This document shows, piece by piece, positions 50,980 to 64,000 of a stretch of DNA of 64,000 nucleotides. The position numbers and the translations under genes were made by a program. The notes beneath the pieces are model-generated. The model worked only from the letters and a program-made list of their open reading frames with translations. It made no database searches and was not told the origin of the DNA. The number at the start of each line of letters is the position of its first letter. Position 1 is the stretch's first letter. This DNA comes from Octopus bimaculoides. Lineage: Eukaryota. The DNA lies in NCBI RefSeq assembly GCF_001194135.2, contig NC_068989.1:70011286-70075285 (forward strand). Reading direction: 5' to 3'.

Positions 50980-53900
50980 TGTGAGTGTGTGTTCGCGCAT
51001 GCGCGTGTTTAACAAACTGGATTGATTCAATATTTATCCATTCAAAGAAGTGGTCTTTACAAACATTGTTTTTTTTTTTTTCGTAAAATCACTTCGTTCA
51101 TAAAACTGGCTTTGTTGGGGGAAAACTGTGTATGAAACGGAAATTAAACTATTGCTCCTGTGGCTTAATTAACATACACACACAAAAAAAAAATACGCAC
51201 AAACAAACCCACGCATGCATACATACTCACTAGCAAACAGTCTCACACGCACTCACATAAGCGCATTCCACACAAACACACGCATAGGAATATGCACGTA
51301 ACTGTTCACAAATATTTTTTCATGTCCATATATAGATATTTAACGTGCATATATCGTGCTAACGATTTTTGAACTTCCCAAAGGAATATCTATAATTTTA
51401 AATGCTGTTTCTTTTACACCTACCTCTATATACGAACATAGAAAAGCGCGCGTGTGAATATGTATATATATAGAAAGAGAGGGGGAGGGAGAGAGAGAGA
51501 GAGAGAGAGGGGGGGAGAGTGTGTACATGTGTCCGCGTGTGTGAGCACGTGTTTTGCACACATGCATGCGTATTCGTTCAATGTTTGCAATACTTCACTT
51601 ACAACGATTCTAGCAGGTAGCTGAGTCATTTCACTGGTTTCTGATGCTTACCATTTACCTTCTGGCTGTTTATTAAGTGTCTCTTAGCACCGATCATCTC
51701 TATTGCTGTGTATTCTAGCTATAACGATGCGTTTACAACTCAACAATTCTCCCAACTCCATTCAAAGAAATATCATTCTTTCATTTACATCGCATCTCTT
51801 ACCTAATATGAATGTGTCACTCTCATCACAACCTCCAGCATTTTTCTTTTAATATTCTTTGAACAGTTTCTTTCCTATCTGCTTTCCTCTGTTACTTGCA
51901 ATTATACCAATACCACTCTCTATAGTTCATATAATTTACGCCGTTATGTTTTGTCTCAGACTTTTTTTTAACTAAATACATTGCAATAAATACCTCGGTG
52001 GCTGACATTTTCAGTTCAAATCTTACTGGCGCTAGACTTAGCTTTTTAACTCTCTTATATTCTATAATGCAAGAACAAAAGATCGTATAGTTTTTCCTTG
52101 TAAAATAAAAGCACTTTATCTATAAGAATTCGCAATATTTATTTCTTATCTTTTTTCCATTCTTCTATTTCATTTCCCATTTTCAAACATACTCTTCTCT
52201 ACTTACTTGCTATTAAATATATCCCTTTCTACTTATTTGCTATTAAGCATATCTCTTTGTACTTGTTTGCTATTATCGCAAAGTTTTGTTCACAGTTTTC
52301 TTATCTGTATACATACTTCTATCCAGGTTTTCCTTTCTTTCACATATTCTCACACGTATCATTTGCTTTGCTCTGTACAAAGGAATCTGTAACAGAAACT
52401 CTTAACATTAATCACTGCCATTCATATTCAATAAATCTGAAGAACAACGTAATGAAGCTCCTGAAGAACGGAGTTCACAACCTGGTTTTCAGTTCTATTT
52501 GTAGTTATTTCACTTCACATACTTTCACTACTAAATACACATGTGTAGTTGTGACAAAAGACTTGTTAGTTTATATACATTATTTATTGTTACCATATTA
52601 CAAAGTTTCGTGCAATACATGCAGAGTCAATTTTATATGAACATAATACTTTACAGATGTCGGAGATTTTCACCAAAAATTTGACAATTATGCTGATTTT
52701 TTACATTGCTGCATACTCATATGGTCGTGTTAATTCTTCATCCATCTCCGGGTTGAGTATAGAGTTGTAAAAACAGCTACTATGTAATCGCGCTGGGTTG
52801 AGTGTAGATTGTGAAAATAGCTATAGAGAGGAATTCACCAGGGACCAAATTCAACGAAGTCCGAATTCACTCTGCTTTTTCACCCTGAAAACCGCTGTAT
52901 TTAAGGCCTCCGTTGACAGAAGGTTTTAGGGATTATCACATAAACCAAAAAGTTCTGACTGGCTGAAATGGGGTCTGCACGCATGACAAACTCGCGATTC
53001 ATTTGTCGAAAATAGGGTCGTCCGTTAGTTTTGATTGTTAGTGTTATTCATACTCTTCAATAAACTGAATCCCTACTCGTGAAATAAACTTGTAAGTGAC
53101 TGAGTATTCCGCAGTCACGCGTTTTCAAAGTAATTCTCAGCTTTGATTAATGTGATTAGGCTAGTCTTTTGAATTCCATTTACACTCCAGAGAGAAATTA
53201 TAATCTCAAAAAATATCTGAATAACTTTCGTTCTCTTGTTTTTCCTGCTGCAGTACGTTTATATTCATAATAAATCTACGGTCGTTATTTCTCTAAATGA
53301 AAAAAAATTAATATATGCATTTGAAACAGTCTCATTAAAATGTCTGTATGTGTGACATTTATAACGTCTCTACGAACATGGAACGGAACTAGATGTAAAA
53401 TTTTGTCACAAGTCTTTCAGAAAGTTTCTCCGAGACTAAATATAACAGCTAATGTCGTTCCATGTTTGCTTATATATCATAAATGCCACAGGGTTTTTTT
53501 TTCTTTTCCCGATATTCTAAAGATTCTGAGAATTCGCAGCCTTTAATAATTTCTGATTTAGGCACAAGGCCAGCAGTTTTGAAGGCCAGAGACTTTGTTT
53601 TATCGACCCCAAAAAGATGAAAAGCAAAGTTGACCCCGATGGAATTTTACCTCGGGATATAAAGAGGAGGAACAAATACCGCTCAAATGATTGTGCTAAC
53701 TGGTCGTCTTAATATGCATATTTATTGTGAGATTTAAATTAACAGCGCGGAAATTTATAGTTTTAAATTATTTCTGAATTCCGGAAAATTATTAATTTGA
53801 AATAAACTCATTTCAGAACTAAAGATAATTAAAAACAAAATGACTGACAGGAACTCGAGACAGACGCCCGTAGTATGGAGAATAATAGCCAATTAGAAGG

Positions 53901-55059
53901 CTAATTAATAATTATGGCTTTAAAATTAGTTCACTACAAGCATTAACTCAACTATTACCTTTCATATGAATGGCATCTCTAACTAATTTTCTCGGCGATT
54001 ATTTTTCTTAATATGCTAATTTTCCCATCTACTAATACTTTAGTAATTCTTCTGGTAGTAAGACGTGATCTGCTCTTTGCTGAGGAGGTCTCATACAACC
54101 GGAACATGTCCGGAATTGTTTCTTGTACTAACCGAAAGGAATAAAATAATATCATCCACTGAGCTATGTCTTTTCTTCACTGTATAATCATTTCAAAACT
54201 TGCTATAGAATAGTCTTACATTTAAAATATCAGCATTACCTGTTTAAGCTGATTTTTATACAATGGAAATGAAAGAATTGGTAAACTTGGAGTTAATCTT
54301 TCTGGTCGTCGTAAACGAATCTTTACTAATCTTCCACTTACAAATGACTATATCTTGGCTGATATTTTGAATCAGCGCATAAGCTGATTTCGATATTTAC
54401 ATAGAATTCTCATTAAAGATATTACAAGATATTATTGAAAGAGCATTTCTAGTACATAACTCATTCAATTACCATAGAGCTTCAGCTGCAATTCTCAGCA
54501 GGAATTTTTGCTGTGTCTTTGAGCAGAACACACGGTACTCTATTATATCCAATGAGCTATGAAAAGATTTTTCTCGGAAAAGACGCCATGAGGAGGTCTC
54601 ATACAACTGAAACATGTCTGGAATTGTTTGTCATGAAAATTTAAATGATTTGTTCTGTTTATCAAAACAAGTGTATACATTAAATAATTATCTTACTTTT
54701 TTTCACAACACACATAAAACAGACATGTGGCCTTGTTTTATTTTGTATAGTCTAAAAATCACTGTATTACAAGGAAATAGGAGTGATAGGAACTTCATGA
54801 CTTTCCAAGAAATGCTAGCCTTACAAATAAAAGGAAATAGTTTCAAACTATTTTATTGGAAAGGAGTCGTAGTACCGAATCTTGCGATTCCTTACTTTGA
54901 CATTCTAATCACATGTCTGTAATACCGGGGATGTAACCTCACAATGCAGAGGAGTAGCAGTTCGACCTAGCGAAACACCCTGATCTCCGAGTTACCCACC
55001 TCCCGAATAACAGCATTCCAAAAACTCTTCGGAGGAACCCTATTTCGGCTGCCTGTATT

Positions 55060-55310
55060 TGCGTGTGTATTTGGACTTTGACAGAGATGTGTATAATTAC
55101 TTCTCTTTTTTATAATTTTCATGAACTGGATTGACATGAGCAGCCGTTGTGGAAGTGGTATCACAATTGGTGGGTGTAGAATCAGTCGGCTGATATTTGC
55201 AGACGACATGGTGCTACTTGACTCATCAAATTGTGGTCTCCAGTATGCACTGAATGGAGTGCTGCAACGCAAGGATGAGAATTAGTGTTACGAAAACTCA
55301 GACATTGGTC
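55060..55310 (+). mobile_element. RTE-type LINE reverse transcriptase relic
   Basis: GL*QRCV...FFIIFMNWID...GITIGGCRISRLIFADDMVLL...LQYALNG...MRISVTKTQ matches GLRQGC...FADD...M.IS..KT. Confidence 0.78.
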
Positions 55311-55724
55311 CTCTTGTATCAGGACGCGAACTCGCGTTTCCACATTGCGGATTTCAAGTCACAGCAACGGCTTGATCATGTGTGCAGCCGAGTTATTGTC
55401 CAATCAGAAGACAGACATAACGTGAAAGATGATTCTGGAAAAACCTGGACCTTTTCCCTCCAAGGCCTATAAATAGTGTCCTTTTAAAAGGCGCCAGACG
55501 TCATTACGGCCTTGGTCGCAGTACGAAATGCACTCTCTTTCTTAGTCGTTCACGAATGGCATGGTCCACGAATGGCATGAAGGAGGAGGTTTAAATGGAT
55601 GCCAGAATTTCAGGTGCTGACACAGGAGTGCGCCAAATTCAACATTTGATCCTCAGAAGAGAAGTTGCAAATAAAAAAAGAAGAAAAACTCGCTATCGTG
55701 CCTATCCTCACCTATAAGGGGAGG

Positions 55725-55975
55725 CCGTGTTTTGTCCTTGAACAAGACACTTTATTTCAAGTTGCTCCAGCTCACTCAGCCGTCAAAAATGAAAAGTATC
55801 TGCAATTCAAGGAACCACCTTTGTCACATTCTGTGTCTCACTGGATTTCCCTGAGAACTACGTTAAAGGTACGCGTGTTTGTGGGGTGCTCAGCCGCTTG
55901 CACGTTAATTTCACGAGCAGGCTGTTCCGTTGATCGGATCAACTGGAATGCTCGTCGTCGTAACCGGCGAGGTGT
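55725..55975 (+). repeat. SINE family B copy (CpG-intact)
   Basis: gtccttgaacaagacactttatttca...gagaactacgttaaagg...ggatcaactggaatgctcgtcgtcgtaaccg. Confidence 0.8.
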
Positions 55976-56865
55976 CTATATACATATTAATATAAGATTT
56001 CGGAGAAAAAATATATTGTGGATACAAATAAAATAAGTATCCACAATATATTTTTTCTCCGTTTTCTTATATTAATATAAATGTACATTAGACAGTTTAT
56101 TCCTATATTTTGAGAGAATTTTCCCAGTATATAATCGATAACACCAGTTGATCTCTGGATTTTATAATCCCTAAGGAGGATATTATNNNNNNNNNNNNNN
56201 NNNNNNNNNNNNNNNNNNNNNNNNNNNNNNNNNNNNNNNNNNNNNNNNNNNNNNNNNNNNNNNNNNNNNNNNNNNNNNNNNNNNNNNNNNNNNNNNNNNN
56301 NNNNNNNNNNNNNNNNNNNNNNNNNNNNNNNNNNNNNNNNNNNNNNNNNNNNNNNNNNNNNNNNNNNNNNNNNNNNNNNNNNNNNNNNNNNNNNNNNNNN
56401 NNNNNNNNNNNNNNNNNNNNNNNNNNNNNNNNNNNNNNNNNNNNNNNNNNNNNNNNNNNNNNNNNNNNNNNNNNNNNNNNNNNNNNNNNNNNNNNNNNNN
56501 NNNNNNNNNNNNNNNNNNNNNNNNNNNNNNNNNNNNNNNNNNNNNNNNNNNNNNNNNNNNNNNNNNNNNNNNNNNNNNNNNNNNNNNNNNNNNNNNNNNN
56601 NNNNNNNNNNNNNNNNNNNNNNNNNNNNNNNNNNNNNNNNNNNNNNNNNNNNNNNNNNNNNNNNNNNNNNNNNNNNNNNNNNNNNNNNNNNNNNNNNNNN
56701 NNNNNNNNNNNNNNNNNNNNNNNNNNNNNNNNNNNNNNNNNNNNNNNNNNNNNNNNNNNNNNNNNNNNNNNNNNNNNNNNNNNNNNNNNNNNNNNNNNNN
56801 NNNNNNNNNNNNNNNNNNNNNNNNNNNNNNNNNNNNNNNNNNNNNNNNNNNNNNNNNNNNNNNNA

Positions 56866-57856
56866 ATCACCGCAAAGTGAAAATATTTGCTGATGACACT
56901 AAGCTCCAGCAAATCATCAATGAAGAAGACCGAACTCAACTCCAGTCTGATCTATATGCTGTGAGTCAATAGGCAGATAAAAACAAAATGAAACTGAACG
57001 AGGGAAAATTTGAGCTGATGCATTTTGGAAGAAAGTCTATACTAAAACAGCCATACTCTCTTCCTTCAGGGGAACAGCTCACGGCATCTAATACTATCAG
57101 AGATCTAGGTGTAATTGTTGATAACAATCTCAGTTGGAGTGCCCACATCAACAATAAGTTCGATATAGCTCGCAGGATGAGCTCCTGGATCTTAAAAACC
57201 TTACGGTCCAGAGAACAAGGTGTCATCATTCCACTTTTCTCCTTTGTAAGGCCACACCTCGAATACTGCTGCACCTTGTGGTCTCCCCATACAAAACAAA
57301 ACATCTCGAGGATTGAATCGGGCACTCATTAAACGAATTGAAGGCATGACTGATCTCAATTACTGGGATCTCCTTAAAGCCTCGAAACTCTACTCTCTCC
57401 AATGCCGCCGCAGGCGGTACATCATTTGTACGATGTGGAGAATATACCACCAGCATTGCCCAAACGACCTGAACATTAGTTTCAAGGTCATCCAGGGCTG
57501 GGACCACGGGCCATACGTCCCCTACCCAATTCAGGATCACAACATATAGGTACACTGCGACATAATTTCTTTTCCTCAACAGGCCCTGCCCTGTTTAACA
57601 TTGTCCCAAAACTGATCAAAGAGGAAAAGGATCTCATCACCTTTAAACGGAGTCTGGACAGATTTCTTCAAGGAATACCAGAAAAGCCACCCATACCTGG
57701 ATACAACTCACTCAACAAGAACTCACTACTTGAATGAACCATAAACAAAACTTGACTTAAAAGGATTTAGATAATCCTATCAGGTGGTGCTATTAAGTTA
57801 GACATGGCCTGGACCAATCTTTGGTCGAAACATATCTAAGTTTTATCTAAGTTTTA
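56866..57856 (+). mobile_element. CR1-type LINE 3' part (RT domain to tail); 5' part probably in the N gap
   Basis: KVKIFADDTKL...LQSDL...*ADKNKMKLNEGKFELMHFG...IRDLGVIVDNNLSWSAHI...FVRPHLEYCCTLWSP...KLYSLQCRRRRYII; premature TAG near 56970 and frameshifts; ends in a tctaagtttta tandem tail. Confidence 0.9.
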
Positions 57857-59167
57857 TATGTGTGCGTGTATCGGTCTACAGAGTCACTATGAAGAGACGA
57901 CGCCATTCATCTTCTTTTTCAGCCTAGCCTCTTTATTTGGCAAGAGGGTAGGTTGTGTGGGTGAATGACGTAGTGTACCAATATCGAAAGATTGCCTATT
58001 ATCGTTTACTTGTTTCACTGTGGCCATGCGGGAGCACTGCCTTGAGGAATTTTTGCCCAATGAATTGAACCCGATGCTATTTTTTAAGCTATTGGTGTCT
58101 TTTGCCGATCCGCTAGATTACAGGGATGTAAACGTACTACCACCGGTTGTAAAGCGGTAGGTAAGGGACAAACACCGACGCAAAACACACATGCACGCAC
58201 ACACACACGCACGCCACACACATGCGACGGGCTTCTTTCAGTTTTCCGTCTGCTAAATCCTCTCACAAGACATTGGTCAGCCTGGGGCTATAGTAGAAGA
58301 CGTTTACCCAAGGTGCCGGACAATGGGATTGAATCCCGAGCCGTGTGGTTGGGAAGCAAACTTCTTACCACAGAGCCCCTCCTACGCTTATGTATGTATG
58401 TTTGTGTAATTGTATGAGATGTTTTACGTAAGAAAGATATAACATATAACCTCATTACATACGAGACACATAATGCATTCAATATCAAATGTATATATGC
58501 ATATTAGCTATCTCATGAACATTTATTACAAAATGTATCACACACAAAACTTGAATCGTTTTAGCGATATTTATGTTCTCTTACATAAATAACGACGTTA
58601 TTTCATGAGTTCGCTGAAGCTCTTACATAACGATAATATACAGCTTCATAGGAGAATTAGAAAATATACACTTTTTTTTTAGTTTTATCTCATTTATTTT
58701 TCCGAAAGATTCGCCAGTGAAATATCATTTTAACTAGCCGACACAGCTGGCGTTGTTGGAATGCATAATACTGTTTCTCGTTGAAACAGTTTATATATAT
58801 CTATGTATTTATTTGATAATTGTTGAACTTAAATAACTCATAGCAAGCTTTCCTCCAACCCCTTTTTTGTGTAAGTACATTTGCTTATATTTTTATTGTA
58901 GAGCAAATACATATCTGAATTTGAAATTTTAAAGGTTTCTATGATGTGTGAAGTTTTTGAGAATGTGTTTATTCAGTTCTATATTTAACAGATGAGGAAT
59001 TATGTACATTATTTACATTTGACGGATATTTGTCCTCGTCTTGTTTGTTAACACAACGTTTCGGCTAATATACCCTCCAGCCTTCATCAGGTGTCTTGGG
59101 GAAATTTCGAACCTGGATTCTCATTCCTAAGGTATTTTTTCGATGTTATTATTATTATTATTATTAT

Positions 59168-59202
<35 letters not shown>

Positions 59203-59641
59203 NNNNNNNNNNNNNNNNNNNNNNNNNNNNNNNNNNNNNNNNNNNNNNNNNNNNNNNNNNNNNNNNNNNNNNNNNNNNNNNNNNNNNNNNNNNNNNNNNN
59301 NNNNNNNNNNNNNNNNNNACAAATACGCTTCAGATTGTGTAGATTCCGATTATATCGGAATTTTGGTCAAACTAAAGCGTTTGACCAGGTGACAAAAATA
59401 AAAAAAAAATTAGTCTAATAGGTGTAAAACAACTTGCTGGGAACGAATATGAAGAAAAAAATGCGCGCTCGTGAACGGGGGTGGGTGGGGAGAGGGCTCG
59501 GAACATTCACATCGTCAGTCCATGGCCTCTAAACTATAGTGCATGACCCAAGATCTATCTATCTATCTATCTATCTACAAAATAGAAATATTTCTATCTA
59601 CAAAACAGAAATCTTTCTATCTATCTACAAAACAGAAAAGT

Positions 59642-59823
59642 GAAAATTTTTTAGTACTATTTATTCTCCATTACACATGTTTCATTTGCTAATAAGAATT
59701 GCAAAGATTTACATGTTAGATAGACATGTAAGGAATTTCCCATCAGAAATTTGTCAGAATTTTGTAATTCCTATTAGCAAATGGAACATGAGTAATGGAG
59801 AATAACTAATACCAAAAATTTCC
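59642..59823. mobile_element. Hairpin MITE-like element
   Basis: Arms ttattctccattacacatgtttcatttgctaataagaattgcaaa / tttgtaattcctattagcaaatggaacatgagtaatggagaataa, extending imperfectly outwards. Confidence 0.7.
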
Positions 59824-60892
59824 CTTTTCCTATTTAGTTACACAAATGATATTTCCATTATTATCAATTTTAAAATATATTTTGATTAGCATGCAACAGT
59901 AACTACAGATAAATACTCATTGTAATAATAAAATTAACAGATGTAGGAGTGGCTGTGTGGTAAGTAGCTTGCTTATGAACCACATGGTTCCGGGCTCAAT
60001 CCCCCTGCGTGGCACCGTGGGCAAGTGTCTTCTACTATAGCCTCAGGCTGACTAAAGCCTTGTGAGTGGATTTGGTAGATGGAAACTGGAAGAAGCCCGT
60101 CATATATATGTATATATATATATATGTATGTCTGTGTATATGTTTGTGTGTCTGTGTTTGTCCCACCAACAATTTGCGGTTCAGCAAAAGAGACTGATAG
60201 AATAAGTACTAGGCTTACAAAGAATAAGTCCTGGGGTCAATTTGTTCGACTAAAAGGCGGTGCTCCATCATGGCCACAGTCAAATGACTGAAACAAGTAA
60301 AAGAGTAAAAGAGATGTGCTTCAAGAGGAAACAGCAAGGATTTAACCTAACTACCTATGTAATATCTATCTATCTGATAGTCTGTCTATCTATCCATCTA
60401 TTTCTCTGCTTCACTCACTAAGTCCAACCTCTTCACTTCTCTCTCCTCTCTTCCACTCTAAATAAAGAGAAGAACTCATTCTTAAGCTTCCATGTAGTAA
60501 AAATTTAAAGAAATAAACAGCTTTATTTATTTATCTATTTATTCATTTATTCACTTGGAATGCAACATTAAACAGCATCTCATCAATCTGTCTGGAAACC
60601 AACACTTGCAGTTCTGTTCACTGTCATCATCTTCTTCATCATCTTTATTACTATTACATTTAGTATTGTTTTATCGAATGTAAAATAGGAACAGATATTC
60701 TCAGCTCAATATTTCATGATAGTGAGTGAAATAAAATATATTTTTCTTTTAACTTCAGAACAATAGTAAATATATTTTTGAAAAAAATTTATAAACCATC
60801 ATTGGAATCTTCTACCTTTTAAGATCGTAACACTTTTATCAGATTTGATTTTGTTCACATTCAATAACAAATAGTATATATGTATCAATATA

Positions 60893-61215
60893 GCCACACA
60901 AAGTACTAACCTCATGAGAGTGGCAAATATATTTAATATGTTATATTATTTTATTTATGCTATACACTTTGACTATTTTGAATTAGCACAAGCTTTCAAT
61001 GGTTTGCTCATGAGTTGCACAAGGCAGGTTACCCTTTTAACCCAGAGTATCAGCAAGATCCACTAATGAGAACTAAGATCATTATCAGAGTTCGAAATCA
61101 CGTGATATGGATATATCTGTTTGCTTCATTTTGTGAATTTATCTCACCATAGGAAGGTGCTTTTGCTCGCTCCCTCACTTCTCATCTATCTCATGAGGTT
61201 AGTACTTTGTGTGGC
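60893..61215. mobile_element. MITE with perfect 27-bp TIRs and TA flanks (Tc1/mariner-type)
   Basis: gccacacaaagtactaacctcatgaga (60893-60919) / tctcatgaggttagtactttgtgtggc (61189-61215); TA at 60891-92 and 61216-17. Confidence 0.88.
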
Positions 61216-62666
61216 TATTGAGTCGTTTTTTTACTCTTCTTTCTAGCAACACTGGTACTATTTTTGTACCCTTGATTATTACTTTGTCTTTAGGTTTTAA
61301 TTGCTTATGGGTCACCTATATTACAATATATTTAATATATTATATTATTTTATTTAATGTATCAATATATCTATTTATCTATCTATCTAAATCTATCTAT
61401 ATTTATCTATCTATATCTTTCTATTTATCTATCTCTTTCTGAATATGAAGAGAAATTGCAGTATGTTAACTTGAAATTTCAACTATTCCCACAGAATCTT
61501 TATGAACTTAGGCAAAAATATCAGTAATCACATATCCAGCTTAACATTTGATAGGGAATCATTTGACCATCCTGTTCATTATTACAATAATGCATTAAAA
61601 TATGGTAGATTCAAATACAGAATTACATTATAAGCAAAAGAGCACTTAAAGTTAAAAATGCAAAAATGGGAAACCAAATATAGTGTCAATATTCGTTCCA
61701 ATGTTTCTAGGATATTAACCTAAAAAAGAAGCATTTCTCAGTAAATCAAATTTATCATAAGATCTTTAACAAAAATAGAATTATGGTGAGTTGCTGTTGC
61801 ACCAAAGACTTTGCTGCTTCTGTAGACAGTATAAGAATGTACAAAACATTTTTCTATGTAATAGTAATAACCCTAGTACATACCCTATCAGTGACAGCTT
61901 TCTAATGCATTAGTTTATCAAGCTAAGATCTCCATTGTAAACAACAGTGAAAATAGCTATATAAGATTTACTGAAAACACCTTTAAAAAGATTTTGCAAT
62001 ATATTTTTAGATTCAAATACTCAGAAAGACATCCAAATCTATCTGAAGTTTAAAGGACCATAATATTAACAAATATAAAATCTACTGAACTTTTACAGAA
62101 CATGTACTTCTATATAAATTTCTCCAGAACATGGGATCTTGGTTTCTCCAAGATCTATTACATCCTATTACAACATTTTGCAATTTTGAACAAAAGATGA
62201 GAATTGGGGAATTCTTGTAGACACTACCATTGATATTTACTGAGAAATTTTCTAACTAACAAGTAGCTGAAATGTTTTACTTCCCACACTATGGACACTA
62301 TTCTGTGAAAGAAGGTTCACATATTGAAGAAATATTCAATTTTTATCAACCTGAAACTTCAATTACGATATATTCATCTTCCTTGCTTTTGTGTGTTTTA
62401 CACATATGATACTGAACAACATGAAAATATGTGTTTTTGCATATGAATAAAGGAATATATTACATGCTCTTTGTATAGCAATTGAAGAGATGAATGTGTG
62501 AGTCTTGTAATGTTTTTATGCGAACCAAACAAATCTCAAGAACTAATCTTGCTTTGATGTGTTTACAAAAATTTTTACTAACATATTGTTGCACTGTTAC
62601 ACTTCCTCAAACATTTGAATAAATGATAATGTAAAGCTCAATGTAATCTTGTATGAAACTTTAGCT

Positions 62667-62726
<60 letters not shown>

Positions 62727-63629
62727 GTGCGTGCGTGCGTGCGTGCGTGCGTGTGTGTGTGTGTGTGTGCATTTAAATTTCCATAAGGGGAAGTTGAAGG
62801 GTTTGGCAGTGGTTTCCAAGTTCTTCTTTCAAGAAAAAGTCTGACAGTAATTTGAAGTTTTGGGTTCCTACCCATCATCAGGCTAATTCATACGATGCTC
62901 TACAATACATTTTTGAGTGATCCTTCAATTTAATGTGAAACTATTTTTATATATAGCTTTGCATAAACCAGGCATCGATATCAAAATATATATATATATA
63001 TTTACATACAGTTAAATATATGTCCAGTCATCCATAAAGAGCTTAGCTTTATAGACAACTCATCAGGCTCTAATGGCCATTAGAGTTTGATGAGTCATCT
63101 ATAAAACTAAGTGTTTTATGGTTGCGAAATCATTGGTCACTCTATAACCAGACATATATTTAACTGCATATAAATACATTACTGTTCTATCCTTTAGAGT
63201 GCAATTCTTTTTTGGATATATGATATACTGACCACTTTATTATCATTGTTATATTTAATAATGGCAATGATACTTTATTAAATTTGAAATTTTTCACTTA
63301 CTCACTTTATATTCATTTTTTTAATGTTGCGGGGGCATTCAGGTGAACAGACGTGTATGGTTTAGTGAATATATTTTGAAAAATAGTTGTATACAGTAAG
63401 CTTGGCTAACAATCCTTAGTGCTAATGCACAAAAGTGAAATCAATTGATACCAAGATATCTGTTCTTTACTTTGTAGTTTTTGCAAAGGTAAGCCCTATT
63501 TCTTATATTCGCTGCATTAACTGTGCGTGTTTACTTATAGTGAGAGATATGTGGCTTTGGGATGTTGACTCCTATTTACAGCAAGCTGATATTCTGGTAC
63601 CCTCATTTATTTGTGTGTATGTATGGATG

Positions 63630-63661
<32 letters not shown>

Positions 63662-63754
63662 AATATACATACATACATACATACATATATGTGTGTCTGT
63701 GTCTATCTATATCTATATATATATCTATATATATTCTTTTTTTCTTTTTGTTGC

Positions 63755-63960
63755 AGTCATTTGACTATGGCCATGCTGGAACACCACCTTAAGGGGTTTT
63801 TAATCGAAGTAATTGACCCCCAGGACTTATTCTTTGTAAGCCTAGTACTTATTCTATCGTTGTCTTTTGCCGTGCCACTAAGTTACAGGAACATAAACAC
63901 AACAACATTGGTTGTAAAGTGATGGTGGTGGGGACAAACACAGACACAAACATACAAATA
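63755..63960 (+). repeat. SINE-like family E copy (CpG-decayed)
   Basis: cagtcatttgactatggccatgctggaacaccacc...cttattctttgtaagcctagtacttattctatc...ccactaagttacagg. Confidence 0.75.
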
Positions 63961-63965
63961 TATAC

Positions 63966-64000
<35 letters not shown>

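Noticed and set aside
50994-51005. NRF1-like palindrome CGCGCATGCGCG
   Set aside because: It lies at the decaying edge of a (GT)n tract where such motifs arise by chance; no other promoter evidence.

Overview
AT-rich, microsatellite- and SINE-dense eukaryotic DNA with several N gaps. The repeat families look like those of an octopod cephalopod (inference, not verified). No prokaryotic features, rRNA, true tRNA genes or CRISPR arrays are supported. The only host gene I can support is the 3' part of a + strand TRPM1/3-like cation channel. It has six GT-AG exons (8221-8469, 9590-9764, 17650-17767, 20462-20652, 26155-26287, 28169-29654) whose phases join into one frame of 2352 nt (783 aa + stop). 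These cover S2-end to S6, pore, TRP box, coiled coil and a long Ser/Pro-rich tail with no kinase or NUDIX domain; the upstream exons lie outside the window. The rest is a collection of transposon relics: a Penelope-like element, CR1-, RTE- and REL-type LINE fragments, a deleted mariner, a multiply deleted Ty3/Gypsy element with LTRs, tRNA-Trp PBS and TSD, a Merlin/ISXO2 transposase relic, and hAT, piggyBac-like and Tc1 MITEs (some nested). The most notable oddities are a degenerate 44-bp array whose unit resembles a hAT terminal repeat plus target site, an Arg in the distal S6 of the channel (a candidate A-to-I recoding site), intronic fold-back pairs, and a CpG-decay boundary that follows the gene body.
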